Assembly (NCBI GenBank): GCA_963744995.1
Contig: CAVUWA010000010.1
Coordinates: 704,001-768,000, forward strand
Origin: Candidatus Eiseniibacteriota bacterium
Lineage (GTDB): Bacteria; Eisenbacteria; RBG-16-71-46
Length of the DNA: 64,000 nucleotides
Direction of reading: 5' to 3'
Shown: in pieces, positions 33,883-44,601 of the stretch
How the letters are laid out: each line of letters begins with the position of its first letter
Position numbering within the stretch: position 1 is the first letter of the stretch
The notes under the pieces: model-generated
The model's input: only the letters and a program-made list of their open reading frames with translations
The model's database searches: none
What the model was told of the DNA's origin: nothing
Translations under genes and position numbers: made by a program

Positions 33883-35676
33883 GTGCCGGATACGCTGATC
33901 CAGATCTTCACCCGCGCCGTTCAGACCCACCGCAAGCCCGCCCAGTTCCTGCGCAAGGTGGGCCCCGCGTGGGAGTCCATCTCCGCCGAGCGCACCCTCT
34001 CCGACGTCCAGCAGCTGGCGCTGGGGCTCGTCGCGCTCGGGGTCGATCCTGGCGATCGCGTCGGGATCCTGTCCGAGAACCGCTACGAGTGGCCGGTGTG
34101 CGATCTCGCGGCGCTGTCGATCGGGGCCGCGACCGTACCGATCTACCCCACGCTCACGGCGGATCAGTGCGCCTACATGCTGCGCGACGCCGGCGCGAAG
34201 GTGCTGTTCGTCTCGAGCGCAGAGCAGCTCTCGAAGATCCTCGGCGTGCTCGACCGGCTGCCGAAACTCGCAACGACCGTCGTCCTGGACGCGGTCCCGC
34301 TCGAGGGGCCGCAGACGCTAGCCTGGGCCGATCTCCTCCAGCGCGGCGCCGCAGCGCGGCGTGCCGACGGTACGCTGTGGGCCGAGCGCGTCGCCGCCGT
34401 CCGCCCCGATGATCTCGCGACGATCATCTACACCTCGGGCACCACCGGCGAGCCCAAGGGGGCGATGCTCACGCACTCCAACATCTCGTCCAACGTGGCC
34501 GCCGGCCTGCAGGTCATGAAGCTCAGGCCCGACGACCGGTGCCTGTCGTTCCTGCCGCTCTGCCACATCTTCGAGCGCATGGCGGGGCTCTACGCGATGC
34601 TGCAGGGAGGCGTGACGATCGCCTATGCACAAAGCCCCGAGACCGTCGCCGAGGACGCCCTCGAGGTGCGCCCCACGGTGCTGCTCGGCGTGCCACGCTT
34701 CTACGAGAAGGTGTATGGCCGTGTGATGGAGGCGGCGCACACGATGCCCGCGTACCGGCGCGCGCTGCTGCACTGGGGGCTCGCGGTCGGCCGCCGCGTC
34801 GCCACCGCGACGTTCGCCGGGCGAAAGCCCGACGCGTGGACCGGCCTCGAGGCCGCGCTCGCCGAGCGGCTCGTGTTCTCGAAGATCCGCGCGCGCGTGG
34901 GCGGCCGGCTGCGCTTCTGCATTTCGGGAGGCGCGCCGCTCAACCCCGAGGTGATGTCGTTCTTCTACGCGATCGGGATCCCGGTGTACGAAGGCTACGG
35001 ACTCACCGAAACCTCGCCGGTGATCTGCCTGACTCCCGCCGCGCGGCCGAAGCCCGGCTGCGTCGGGCCGCCGCTCCCGGGCGTGGAGGTGAGAATCGGC
35101 GATGAAGGCGAGATTCTCACCCGCGGCCCGCACGTGATGAAGGGCTACTTCAACGATCCGGAGGCCACCGCGCGCGCGCTCGAGGGCGGCTGGTTTCACA
35201 CCGGTGACATCGGCGAGCTCGACGCCGACGGCTATCTGAAGATCACCGATCGCCTCAAGGAGCTGATCGTCCTCGCTGCGGGTAAGAAGGTCGCCCCGCA
35301 GCCGATCGAGAACCGGCTGAAATCGAGCGAATGGATCACCGAGGCCGTGCTCGTCGGCGACCGCCGCCCGTTCATCGCGTGCCTGGTGGTGCCCGACTAC
35401 GCGAAGCTCAGGACCCTGGTCCCCGGCGTCGAGGGCACGGCCCTCATCGAGCACCCGAAGGTGCTCGAGACCATTCAGCGCGTGGTCGACGGCATCAACG
35501 CCGGGCTCGCGCGCTTCGAGCAGATCAAACGCTTCGCGCTGATCGAGCGCGAGCTGTCCCAGGAGGCCGGCGAGCTGACCCCGTCGCTCAAGATCAAGCG
35601 CCGCATCGTGGACCAGCACTTCGCCGCGAGGATCGAGACGCTCTACGAGGGGCACACGCTGCCGGCCGCCTCGTAG
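33883..35676 (+). CDS. fadD: Long-chain fatty-acid-CoA ligase
   Basis: IYTSGTTGEPKG, EGYGLTET, FHTGDIG, ITDRLKE and LTPSLKIKR; GTG after GGAGG. Confidence 0.9.
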   Translation: MPDTLIQIFTRAVQTHRKPAQFLRKVGPAWESISAERTLSDVQQLALGLVALGVDPGDRVGILSENRYEWPVCDLAALSIGAATVPIYPTLTADQCAYMLRDAGAKVLFVSSAEQLSKILGVLDRLPKLATTVVLDAVPLEGPQTLAWADLLQRGAAARRADGTLWAERVAAVRPDDLATIIYTSGTTGEPKGAMLTHSNISSNVAAGLQVMKLRPDDRCLSFLPLCHIFERMAGLYAMLQGGVTIAYAQSPETVAEDALEVRPTVLLGVPRFYEKVYGRVMEAAHTMPAYRRALLHWGLAVGRRVATATFAGRKPDAWTGLEAALAERLVFSKIRARVGGRLRFCISGGAPLNPEVMSFFYAIGIPVYEGYGLTETSPVICLTPAARPKPGCVGPPLPGVEVRIGDEGEILTRGPHVMKGYFNDPEATARALEGGWFHTGDIGELDADGYLKITDRLKELIVLAAGKKVAPQPIENRLKSSEWITEAVLVGDRRPFIACLVVPDYAKLRTLVPGVEGTALIEHPKVLETIQRVVDGINAGLARFEQIKRFALIERELSQEAGELTPSLKIKRRIVDQHFAARIETLYEGHTLPAAS

Positions 35677-35704
35677 CGCGCCCGTCCGGATCGCCTTCTG
35701 CTAG

Positions 35705-35925
35705 GATTCCCCCTCCGGCCGGGGCCGGCCTCTCGCGTCCGGAGCCTGTTTCATGCGGATGAGTGCCGGCGGTAGCGCAGGGACGACGCGGTTCGTGCGG
35801 GTCCGGTAATCGGTCGTCGCACCCTCCCGTTGCCCTCGCTCGCGGGAGTCACGCAGGGACGCGGCGAAGGTCGGCCCCCTTTCGCCCCTGACCCCGTCGA
35901 CGACCGGCACGGCCTGGTGGGAATC
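35705..35925. ncRNA. Candidate multibranched structured element between convergent genes
   Basis: Terminal complementarity plus three internal hairpins (see findings). Confidence 0.25.
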
Positions 35926-35981
35926 GCGGTGCCCCGCGCCCGCCCTCGAGGGGACGACCCGGGGGTCCGCCGCCGCGGGTC

Positions 35982-36431
35982 CTACCTGAGCACCCCGCGC
36001 TTCTTCTGCATCCCCGAGAACACGATCAGCAGGATCGACACGACCACGATCGCCGCGGTGAACGCCATCGCGCCGGGCGTGCGCATCTCCGCCGGGCCCG
36101 GGGCGAGCACGAGGTTATGAAGCATGGTGACGAGGAGCCCCACGAACGAGACGATGAACACCGGGTAGGCAAGTGCGCGGCGCATGAGCAGCAGGATCGA
36201 CCCCAGCACGGCGCCCCACACGGCGATCGCCCAACCCGAGACGACCCAGGCCGGCATCCCGTAGAAGTACTCGAGCTGTTCGGCGGTGAACTGGCTCATG
36301 TAGGAGGGGTTCTTGGTCTCCGTCATCAGATAGTCGATGGCGCCCATCGCATTCCACAGCAGCGCGAGGATGCCGACGACCCACAGTTGCCAGGGCGTGC
36401 GCGGGGGCGGGCTCTGCGGCGCTTCGCTCAT
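35982..36431 (-). CDS. Small 4-TM membrane protein
   Basis: WVVGILALLWNAMGAIDY...MPAW..GWAIAVWG pattern; GGAGGGAG RBS. Confidence 0.75.
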   Translation of the reverse strand: MSEAPQSPPPRTPWQLWVVGILALLWNAMGAIDYLMTETKNPSYMSQFTAEQLEYFYGMPAWVVSGWAIAVWGAVLGSILLLMRRALAYPVFIVSFVGLLVTMLHNLVLAPGPAEMRTPGAMAFTAAIVVVSILLIVFSGMQKKRGVLR

Positions 36432-36708
36432 GATCTCTCCCTCCGGGTTCGGAGTGGGGTGGAGCGGGTTCCCATGAAGGCAGCCATGCCGGAGAGGCGA
36501 CCCGCGCGCCGGCATCCTATGCAGCTTCCCGGCGCCGTTCCACCCTGAATTCCACGAAAGGGGATTCCGGCGGCCCGGCGGGACCTCCCGCGTGCCGGCG
36601 CAACCGCTTTCCGTTTGGTCCCATCCCGCCCTTGCGGTAGCGTTCCGGCTCCGCTGGCCGCGACTCGCCCGCCCGGGGGGCGGCCTGACCACCCCTGGAG
36701 GGCATCCG

Positions 36709-39351
36709 ATGGCGCTGGAACCCGGTGCGAAGCTCGGGCCGTACGAGGTGAAGAGCCAGCTCGGCGCGGGCGGCATGGGCGAGGTCTATCTCGCCCACGA
36801 CACCCGCCTCGGCCGCGACGTCGCGATCAAGGTCCTGCCGTCGCATCTGGCGGCGACCCCCGACGCCCGTGCGCGATTCGAGCGCGAGGCGCGCGCCATC
36901 AGCGCGCTGAATCACCCGAACATCTGCACGCTCCACGACGTCGGGCACCAGGATGGGGTGGACTTCCTGGTGATGGAGTACCTCGAAGGCGAATCGCTCG
37001 CCGCGCGCCTCGTGAACGGGGCGTTGCCGATGGACGAGGTGTTGAAGGTCGGCACGCAGATCGCGGACGCGCTCGACAAGGCGCACCGGCAGGGGCTCGT
37101 GCACCGGGATCTCAAGCCCGGGAACATCATGCTCACCCGCGGCGGCGCCAAGCTGCTCGACTTCGGGCTCGCACGCGGCACGGTGCTCGGCGCGGTGACC
37201 GACCTGTCACAGTCGCCCACGCACACGCGGCCGCTCACCGCCGAAGGCGCGATCGTCGGCACCTTCCAGTACATGTCGCCCGAGCAGCTCGAGGGCCAGG
37301 AAGCCGACGCGCGCAGCGACATCTTTTCGTTCGGCGCGGTGCTCTACGAGATGGCGACCGGCCACAAGGCCTTCGACGGCCGCAGCCAGGCCAGCCTCAT
37401 CGCGGCGATCATCGGCCAGGAACCGCCGTCGGTGACCGCGATGCAGCCCATGGCGCCGCCGGCGCTCGATCGGGTGATCCGCACCTGTCTCGCCAAGAAT
37501 CCCGAGGACCGCTACCAGAGCGCCCATGACGTGAAGCTGCAGCTCGCCTGGGTCGCCGAGGCCGGCTCGCAGGCGGGTCTGCCCGCACCGGTCGCGGCGC
37601 GCCGTCGCTCGCGCGAGCGCATGCTGGCCATCGCGGCGACGGTGGCGACGCTGGTGGCGGTGGCCCTCGCCGTTCTGCTCGTGCTGCGCCGGCCGCCGGA
37701 ACCCGAAATCGTCCGCTTCGACGTGCAGCCGCCGTCGTCGCTGCAGTTCCTCGACGCGCCGCGCATCTCTCCCAACGGCCGCCACATCGCCTACAACGCC
37801 ACCGACTCGACCGGCGTCTCGCGCGTCTGGATCCGCTCGCTCGAATCGATGACGGCGCACGCGCTCGCGGGCACCGAAGGAGCGGGACGACCGTTCTGGT
37901 CGCCCGACAGCCGCTTCCTCGCGTTCTTCTCGGGCGGCAAGCTCAAGAAAGTCGACGTGTCGGGCGCGCCGCCGGTGACGCTCTGTGACGCGCCGAGCGG
38001 GGCGGACGGCGCGTGGAGCAGGCACGACGTCATCCTCTATGACGGCCGCTCGACGGACCCGATCATGCGGGTTTCGGCGACGGGGGGCGTTCCCGTTCCC
38101 GAGGTCGAGGCCGACAGCAGCCTCGGAATGTCCCAGGTCGGCTGGCCGGAATTCCTTCCGGACGGCAAGCATTTCTTCTTCCTCTCGATCGGTCCGAAGA
38201 CCTCGCTCAAGGTGGGCACGCTCGGCTCGAAAAAGTTCATCGATCTCGGCCCGTGCGAGTCGCGCATCCAGTTCATCGACGCCGGGTACATCGTCTTCTC
38301 GCGCGGCGGCACGCTGGTCGCGCAGCGCTTCTCGCCCGGATCGCTGAAGCTCGAAGGCGAGCCGGTGCCGATCGCGGAGCAGGTGACCTCCGATCCGGTG
38401 GGCTCGGCCGACTTCTCGATCTCGGAGAACGGCACGCTGGCCTACTCGACGCGCCGGGCGCAGGTGGGCGCACTCTACCGTCTCGACCGGGAAGGCCGGC
38501 ACACCGCCGACTTCCGCACGCCGGGCGGGATCCTGAACCTGGTGCTGTCGCCGGACGGCCGGCGCATCGCCATGCGCGTGCTCGATCCCAACACCCGCTC
38601 GCGCGACATCTGGCTGCTGGACCTCGATCGCGACATCACCTCGCGATTCACCTTCGATCCGCGCAACGAGAACTATCCGGTGTGGTCGCCCACGGGCGAC
38701 CGGGTCGCCTACTACGACGAAGCGCCCGCTGCGGGCCCGCCGGGGATCTACGCGAAGAACGCCAGCGGTGCGGCGCAGCCGAAACTGGTCGCCGCATTCG
38801 CGAACGAGTCGCGACCGGCGTGCTGGTCGCCGGACGGCAAGGACATCCTGTTCGAGACGGACGATCCGGCACGGGCGCGCGACATCTACGCCGTCCCCGT
38901 GGCGGGTGGCGAGCGGCGCCCGGTGCTCGAGACCAACTTCGACGAGCACGACGCCCGCCTCTCCCCCGACGGCCGGTGGCTCGCCTACGCGTCGAACGAA
39001 TCCGGCCGCGACGAGGTCTACGTTCAGACCTATCCCGACCCGACCGGCAAGTGGCAGGTGTCGACCAACGGCGGCGCGTATCCGGAATGGCGCGGCGACG
39101 GCAGGGAGATGTACTACCTCGCCGCGGACAATGAGCTGATGGCCGTGTCCGTGCAGACGGCGCCGACGTTCACCGCCGGCCTGCCGCAGGCCCTGTTCTC
39201 CGCCCGCGTGCTGTTTCCGGGCGCGAACACGTCCTCCTACGCGGTGTCGAAGGACGGACAGACGTTCTACGTCATCGAGCCGGCCGGCGGCGCTTCGCTG
39301 CCGACGACGAACGTCGTACTGAACTGGCCGGAAGCGCTGAAGCGGCGCTGA
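36709..39351 (+). CDS. Hanks-type Ser/Thr kinase with TM and TolB/PD40 beta-propellers
   Basis: LGAGGMGEV, VAIK, HRDLKPGN, DFG and YMSPEQ; repeated WSPDG. Confidence 0.93.
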   Translation: MALEPGAKLGPYEVKSQLGAGGMGEVYLAHDTRLGRDVAIKVLPSHLAATPDARARFEREARAISALNHPNICTLHDVGHQDGVDFLVMEYLEGESLAARLVNGALPMDEVLKVGTQIADALDKAHRQGLVHRDLKPGNIMLTRGGAKLLDFGLARGTVLGAVTDLSQSPTHTRPLTAEGAIVGTFQYMSPEQLEGQEADARSDIFSFGAVLYEMATGHKAFDGRSQASLIAAIIGQEPPSVTAMQPMAPPALDRVIRTCLAKNPEDRYQSAHDVKLQLAWVAEAGSQAGLPAPVAARRRSRERMLAIAATVATLVAVALAVLLVLRRPPEPEIVRFDVQPPSSLQFLDAPRISPNGRHIAYNATDSTGVSRVWIRSLESMTAHALAGTEGAGRPFWSPDSRFLAFFSGGKLKKVDVSGAPPVTLCDAPSGADGAWSRHDVILYDGRSTDPIMRVSATGGVPVPEVEADSSLGMSQVGWPEFLPDGKHFFFLSIGPKTSLKVGTLGSKKFIDLGPCESRIQFIDAGYIVFSRGGTLVAQRFSPGSLKLEGEPVPIAEQVTSDPVGSADFSISENGTLAYSTRRAQVGALYRLDREGRHTADFRTPGGILNLVLSPDGRRIAMRVLDPNTRSRDIWLLDLDRDITSRFTFDPRNENYPVWSPTGDRVAYYDEAPAAGPPGIYAKNASGAAQPKLVAAFANESRPACWSPDGKDILFETDDPARARDIYAVPVAGGERRPVLETNFDEHDARLSPDGRWLAYASNESGRDEVYVQTYPDPTGKWQVSTNGGAYPEWRGDGREMYYLAADNELMAVSVQTAPTFTAGLPQALFSARVLFPGANTSSYAVSKDGQTFYVIEPAGGASLPTTNVVLNWPEALKRR

Positions 39352-39353
39352 CC

Positions 39354-40145
39354 ATGTCCGCCGGCGCCGGGCTCTCCGCGCTCCTGAACCGCCACCGCTC
39401 GATCCGGCACTACACACCCGAACCGGTTCCGGCCGCGCTGGTCGAGCAGGTGCTCGGCGACGCGGTCGCCGGTTCCTCGTCGTCCGGCAACCTCAATGCG
39501 GTCTCGATGGTCCTCACCCGCGATCCCGGGCGAAAGCGACGCCTCTACGAGCTCCACTTCGAACAGGGCATGGTGCTCGAGGCGCCGCTCGTGATCACCT
39601 TCTGCGCCGACTGGTTCCGCACCCGCGAGTGGCTGCGCCGTCACGGTGCGCGCGACAACTTCGACAACCTGATCGGCTGGCATGTCGCCGCGTTCGACGC
39701 GATGATCCTCTCGCAGTCCGTGTGCCTCGGCTTCGAAGCGCAGGGGCTCGGCATCTGCTACATGGGGACGACCCTGCACGCGATGGGGGCCATCGCCGAC
39801 TTCCTCGAACTCCCCGACACCTGCCTCCCCGTCACGACGATCGTCGTGGGCCACCCGGCCGAAGATCCGGAGAAGCGCGACCGGCTGCCGCTCCACGCTT
39901 TTCTGCACGATGAGACGTATCGGCGGCCCACGGAGGCCGAACTCGACGCCGTCTACGAACAGCGGGAGATCAGGGGCTGGGCCCGCTACATGGCGTATCC
40001 CGAGCTGCGGGCCAGGGTCGAGGCGCTGGGGGTCACTTCGCTCGCGCAGTTCTACACCAGCGAGGCGAAGTACGACCCCAGGGCGTTCCGCGAGGACTCG
40101 GAGCGGCTGCGCGCGCTGCTCGAGGCGAAGCACTTCCTGCCGTAG
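39354..40145 (+). CDS. Nitroreductase family protein (NfsA/Frp-like)
   Basis: HRSIRHY, SSSGNL, GLGICYMG and VGHPAE..RDRLP. Confidence 0.85.
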   Translation: MSAGAGLSALLNRHRSIRHYTPEPVPAALVEQVLGDAVAGSSSSGNLNAVSMVLTRDPGRKRRLYELHFEQGMVLEAPLVITFCADWFRTREWLRRHGARDNFDNLIGWHVAAFDAMILSQSVCLGFEAQGLGICYMGTTLHAMGAIADFLELPDTCLPVTTIVVGHPAEDPEKRDRLPLHAFLHDETYRRPTEAELDAVYEQREIRGWARYMAYPELRARVEALGVTSLAQFYTSEAKYDPRAFREDSERLRALLEAKHFLP

Positions 40146-40178
40146 GGGCCCGGGCCGCCGTGGCCATCACGGGCGTCT

Positions 40179-41192
40179 CTAGCGACCGCCCCCCGCGGCC
40201 CGCATCGCGAGCCACACCAGGGCGGCCACCAGCCCCGCGGCGGGCATCGTCAGCACCCACGCCCAGACGATACGGCCGGCCACTCCCCACTTGACCGCCG
40301 ACAGCTTCTGCGTCGCGCTCACCCCGGCGCCCACGATCGCGCCGGTGATGGTATGGGTCGTCGAAACCGGAATCCCCGCGGCGCTGGCGCCGAACAGCGC
40401 GATCGCGCCGGAGGTCTCGGCGCAGAAGCCGCCCACCGGCTGGAGCCGGGTGATGCTCATCCCCATCGTCTTCACGATTCGCCAGCCACCCGACAGCGTG
40501 CCGAGCGCGATCGACCCGAAGCTCGCGAGGATCACCCAGAACGGGACGTGGAATTCGCCCTTCAGGTGGCCGCTGGAATAGAGCAGCGCGGTGATGATCC
40601 CCGCGGTCTTCTGGGCGTCGTTCGAGCCGTGCCCGAGGCTGAACGCCGCCGCCGAGACCAGCTGCAGCCGCCGGAACAGGCGTTCCACCGTGTGCGGATT
40701 CGTGCGGTGGAAGAGCCAGACGACCCCGAGCATCGAGAGGAATCCGAGCACGAGCCCGAGCAGCGGCGAGACGACGATGAACACGACCACCTTCGTGACG
40801 CCGGCGGCGACGATCGCCGCGGGGCCGACGGCAACCAGGGCGGCCCCGACGAATCCGCCGATCAGCGCATGCGAAGACGACGTCGGCAACCCGAGCCACC
40901 ACGTCAGCATGTTCCAGGCGAGCGCGCCGAGCAGCGCCGCGCACACGATCGACGGAGTCACGACCTCCGGCTGCACGATGCCCTTCCCCATCGTGGTGGC
41001 GACGTGCGGCGCGATCACGGCGAAAGCGACGAAATTGAAGAATGCCGCCCACACCACCGCCTGCCGCGGGGACAGCACGCGCGTGCTCACCACCGTGGCG
41101 ATCGAGTTGGCCGCGTCGTGGAATCCGTTGGTGTAATCGAAGATCAGTGCGATCGCGATGATGAGCAGAACGAAGGGTTCGAGCGGGGTCAC
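40179..41192 (-). CDS. Inorganic phosphate transporter (PiT)
   Basis: NGFHDAANSIAT, PTSSSHALIG, HGSNDAQK and PVSTTH. Confidence 0.95.
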   Translation of the reverse strand: MTPLEPFVLLIIAIALIFDYTNGFHDAANSIATVVSTRVLSPRQAVVWAAFFNFVAFAVIAPHVATTMGKGIVQPEVVTPSIVCAALLGALAWNMLTWWLGLPTSSSHALIGGFVGAALVAVGPAAIVAAGVTKVVVFIVVSPLLGLVLGFLSMLGVVWLFHRTNPHTVERLFRRLQLVSAAAFSLGHGSNDAQKTAGIITALLYSSGHLKGEFHVPFWVILASFGSIALGTLSGGWRIVKTMGMSITRLQPVGGFCAETSGAIALFGASAAGIPVSTTHTITGAIVGAGVSATQKLSAVKWGVAGRIVWAWVLTMPAAGLVAALVWLAMRAAGGGR

Positions 41193-41193
41193 G

Positions 41194-41811
41194 TCAGCGG
41201 CTCTTGAGCACGATCGCCTCGATCGTGTTGGCCACGTCCTCGCAGCGGTCAGCCGCACCCTCGAGCCGGCCGTAGATCTCCTTCCAGCGCATCACGTCGA
41301 GCAGGTCGTGCCGTCCCGAGAACAGATCGGCGACCGCCGTGCGCGAGAGGCCATCGGCTTCGTTTTCGAGCCGGTGGATCTCGATCAGGAACGACTTCAG
41401 GTTCTTCATGTCCTTGAGTTCACCGACCGCGTGCTCGATCTGAACGCCGCTCTCGGCGATGATCCCGGCGAGCTTGCGCGCTTCGTCGGTCATGGTCGGG
41501 ATGTTGAAGAGCACGAACCGGCTCGCGATCGCCTCGACCGCGTCGAGCACGTCGTCCAGCCCGCTCGCGAGGTCGTGAATGTCGTCGCGCTCGAGAGGCG
41601 TGATGAAGGTGCGGTTCAGCCGCTCGAACAGATCATGCGTGACGAGGTCGCCCTTGTGCTCGACCTCCTTGAGGCCGCGGGCGCGCTCCTCGATTCCGTC
41701 GTACCGCTCGGCCATGTCGTGGAGTTGATCGCAGCCCAGCCGAACCAGCGCCGCCTGTTTCTTGAAGAGGGTGAAGAAGTCTTCGTCGCGTGGGAAGAGT
41801 GAGAAGCCCAT
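41194..41811 (-). CDS. DUF47 phosphate transport regulator
   Basis: EHKGD, TFITPLERDDI, ENEAD and WKEIY; directly upstream of pit. Confidence 0.92.
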   Translation of the reverse strand: MGFSLFPRDEDFFTLFKKQAALVRLGCDQLHDMAERYDGIEERARGLKEVEHKGDLVTHDLFERLNRTFITPLERDDIHDLASGLDDVLDAVEAIASRFVLFNIPTMTDEARKLAGIIAESGVQIEHAVGELKDMKNLKSFLIEIHRLENEADGLSRTAVADLFSGRHDLLDVMRWKEIYGRLEGAADRCEDVANTIEAIVLKSR

Positions 41812-41995
41812 CGGGTCCCTCTCGGGAGAGCATCGTGACGCCGCAGGGGCCGCGTCGCGGCCCGGAACGGTGGAGTGCTACCAAGTCGGAGGCATTCCGG
41901 CAACCCGCTGGCGCGAAGATCTGGTCCCGTTCGGGATCCGGAGCACCTCGGGCCTGGCCCTGGCGGAGGTCGCGACGGCGGGGAGCGGAACGGCC

Positions 41996-43642
41996 CTACG
42001 CCACCCCCAGCCGTTCCCACAGCTCGTCCTTGAGCAGGGTCGGCGGAATCGTGCCGCACGCGAGCAACTCGGTGTGGAAGCCCTGCAGGTCGAAGCGGCC
42101 GCCGAGGCGACGCGCGGCTTCGGCGCGGATCTCCATCAACATCGACTGCCCGACCAGGTAGCTCATCGGCTCGGTCGGCGTGAGCACGTAGCGGCGCACT
42201 TCGGCTTCGGCGACCGGGCGATCGAGCATCGCTTCGGTCTCGAGGTAGCTCGCCGCCTGCTCGAGGTTCATGTGCCCGCACTGAAGGTTCACATCCAGCA
42301 CGACGCGGCAGGCGCGCCACAGCAGGTCGTTCAGACGGAACAGCTTCGACACGGGGTCGAGGAAGAACCCGTGCTCGTCCATCAGCGCCTCGCAATAGAG
42401 CGCCCAGCCCTCGGCGAGCAGCGGACTCTCGGCGAGCCGTCGCAGCCGCGAGCCGTGCTGGTGCGCGTGGCAGATCTGCAGATGGTGGCCCGGATACGAC
42501 TCGTGCACGACCATCAGCGGCAGGTTGCCGTAGTTGTGGCCGAGCAGCCGCAGCTTCTGTTCGTCGCGCGGGCGGTTGGTATCGATCGGCGTCACGTACA
42601 GGTAGCCGGTCTGCTCGGCATCGAACGCCGCAGGCGGCAGGTACGTCGCGTACGGCACCACCGCGCGCTCGAAGCGTGGCGTGTCCACCACCTCGAGCGG
42701 CGCGCCGACCATCGGCACCAGCTTCTTCTCTTCGACGAAGCGTCGCGCGCGCTCGACCTCCGCCTCGTAGGCCTCACGCAGGCGCAGCGCCTCGGGGTGG
42801 CGTTCCTTGGCCTCGGCCAGCTGCACCTGCCAGGGCTCGTCCGGGTCGAGACGCTTCGCCACGCTTTCGAGCGCGGCGCGCGCGGCGCCGACCTGCTCCC
42901 GGCCGAACGCCTCCAGCGCCTTGCAGTCCATCTGCAGCATGTGCTGGCGCTCGAGCTTGTAGTTCATCCAGCGCTCGCCGATGCCGATCTCCTCGGTCGC
43001 ATGCGGGCGCACGTCGTCGTCGAGCGTCTGCTGGTACTTGAGGAAACCCAGCCGCGCCCGCGAGCCGGCGTGCTCGATCCGTTCGCGCTCGCCGGGGAAG
43101 CGCCGCGAAAGGGTGCGCACGATGTCTTCGATGTAGGCGTGGCCGCTGGCATTGATCTCGTCGACGACGTCGAGATGCACGGCGGGCACGTGCTCGAGAT
43201 TCTTGACCGCGGCCTCCAGATAGTCCGGGATCGCCATCAGCCGGGTGAGCACGTGCTCCTTGCGCTCCTCGATCGGCGCGAACGGGCGCGCGAGCAGCAG
43301 GTAGACCGAGTGCAGTGCCGTCTCGGCGAAGCGTACGGGATCGCGCGCGGGCCAGCGGATCTCCTCGAGCTCGGCACGCAGCGTCGCGATCCGCGAGCGC
43401 AGCAGCGCGTAGTCCACGCGGTGTTCCGCGGGCAGCTCCTGCCACGGCACGGACGCCATGAGGCGCTGCTCGATGTCGCGCAGCCATTCGGCGCGCTCGC
43501 GGAAGCCCTCGGGGGAGTCGTCGGGGAGCCGGTCGTCGTAGTCGTGCAGCCCCACCCGTGTCGCTTCGACGGGATGATGGCGCATGAAGACTTCGACGAA
43601 TTCCTCACTCAGGGCAGTGAAGGCTTTCTGGGTGTCGAGCAT
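41996..43642 (-). CDS. DUF885 family protein
   Basis: P..AT..G.HDYDDRL, HESYPGHHLQ, EGWALY.E, EVRRY and FHTELL..G. Confidence 0.88.
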   Translation of the reverse strand: MLDTQKAFTALSEEFVEVFMRHHPVEATRVGLHDYDDRLPDDSPEGFRERAEWLRDIEQRLMASVPWQELPAEHRVDYALLRSRIATLRAELEEIRWPARDPVRFAETALHSVYLLLARPFAPIEERKEHVLTRLMAIPDYLEAAVKNLEHVPAVHLDVVDEINASGHAYIEDIVRTLSRRFPGERERIEHAGSRARLGFLKYQQTLDDDVRPHATEEIGIGERWMNYKLERQHMLQMDCKALEAFGREQVGAARAALESVAKRLDPDEPWQVQLAEAKERHPEALRLREAYEAEVERARRFVEEKKLVPMVGAPLEVVDTPRFERAVVPYATYLPPAAFDAEQTGYLYVTPIDTNRPRDEQKLRLLGHNYGNLPLMVVHESYPGHHLQICHAHQHGSRLRRLAESPLLAEGWALYCEALMDEHGFFLDPVSKLFRLNDLLWRACRVVLDVNLQCGHMNLEQAASYLETEAMLDRPVAEAEVRRYVLTPTEPMSYLVGQSMLMEIRAEAARRLGGRFDLQGFHTELLACGTIPPTLLKDELWERLGVA

Positions 43643-43902
43643 GGGCGTTCGGACTCTTCGTTGTCGTGATGCAGGGCCGCGGCGGGGAACGACAGGGCCC
43701 CCACGCGCGGCGCGGAGGCCCGTTCCCCGTTCGAGCGGGACCGACCACCCGGACTCTACCCGATTTTCTCCGGAGCTGCGGCCCGGCGCCGCGCCATCAC
43801 AGGCTTCCCGCCGCCCTCCGGCGGAGCCGATCGCCTGCGAACGGGGCCCCTGCGCCATGCGCGGGGGCCCGTTCCGCTCGAGCGATGCCGAGGCTTCGGC
43901 GA

Positions 43903-44550
43903 CTACCCGACTTTCTCCACCCCTGAAGCCTGACGACCGCGTGGTCCGTCGACGATCTGGAAGGTGACGACGTCCCCTTCGGCCAGGGTCTTGAAGCCTT
44001 CCCCCTGCAGCGCGGAGAAGTGGACGAAAATGTCCTCGCCGCCCTCACCGTGGATGAAGCCGAAGCCCTTCGCCTCGTTGAACCACTTGACCGCGCTCTG
44101 AATGCGGCCCCCGCCGAGCTTCTTGATCTCGACCGGCGCACCGCCGCTGCCGCCGCTGCCGCCGCTGCGGGCGCCGCCGGGACGCGGACCGCCCGCGCCA
44201 CGACCGCCGCCGGGACGACCACCGCCGCCCTTCTGTGCCTGGAAGCACTCGCGGCAGTACACCGGCCGGGCGCCGGTCGGCTGGAACGGCACCTGCGTCG
44301 CCTTGCCGCAGTTGGAGCAGACGGCGTCGTACAGCTGCGCGCCGCCCGAGCGCTGCGGGCGACCCCCGCCGTACGAGCCGCCGCCACCGCCACCGCCGGC
44401 GCGCGCCTTGCGCGCGTCGCGGCAATTCTTGCAGCGGGTCGGCGGATGCGTCAGTCCGCGTTCTTCATAGAACGCCTGCTCCCCCGCAGTGAACACGAAC
44501 TCCGTGCCGCAGTCGGAGCACGTCAGATGCTGATCCTGATGAGTAGCCAT
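43903..44550 (-). CDS. Zinc-ribbon (zf-trcl-like plus CxxC-x17-CxxC) and cold-shock domain fusion
   Basis: CSDC..F.F...EQ.FY..C KNCR; CSNC...VPF.P...[22 protein letters not shown] and DIFVHFS. Confidence 0.9.
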   Translation of the reverse strand: MATHQDQHLTCSDCGTEFVFTAGEQAFYEERGLTHPPTRCKNCRDARKARAGGGGGGGSYGGGRPQRSGGAQLYDAVCSNCGKATQVPFQPTGARPVYCRECFQAQKGGGGRPGGGRGAGGPRPGGARSGGSGGSGGAPVEIKKLGGGRIQSAVKWFNEAKGFGFIHGEGGEDIFVHFSALQGEGFKTLAEGDVVTFQIVDGPRGRQASGVEKVG

Positions 44551-44601
44551 GACGGAATGCGAAGCCTCCTGCTCGAGGGGTTTGTACGACGGGGTGCCTA
44601 C

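Noticed and set aside
41873..41880. GAGTGCTA as a CIRCE (HrcA) half-site
   Set aside because: No TTAGCACTC half 9 bp upstream, and no chaperone gene
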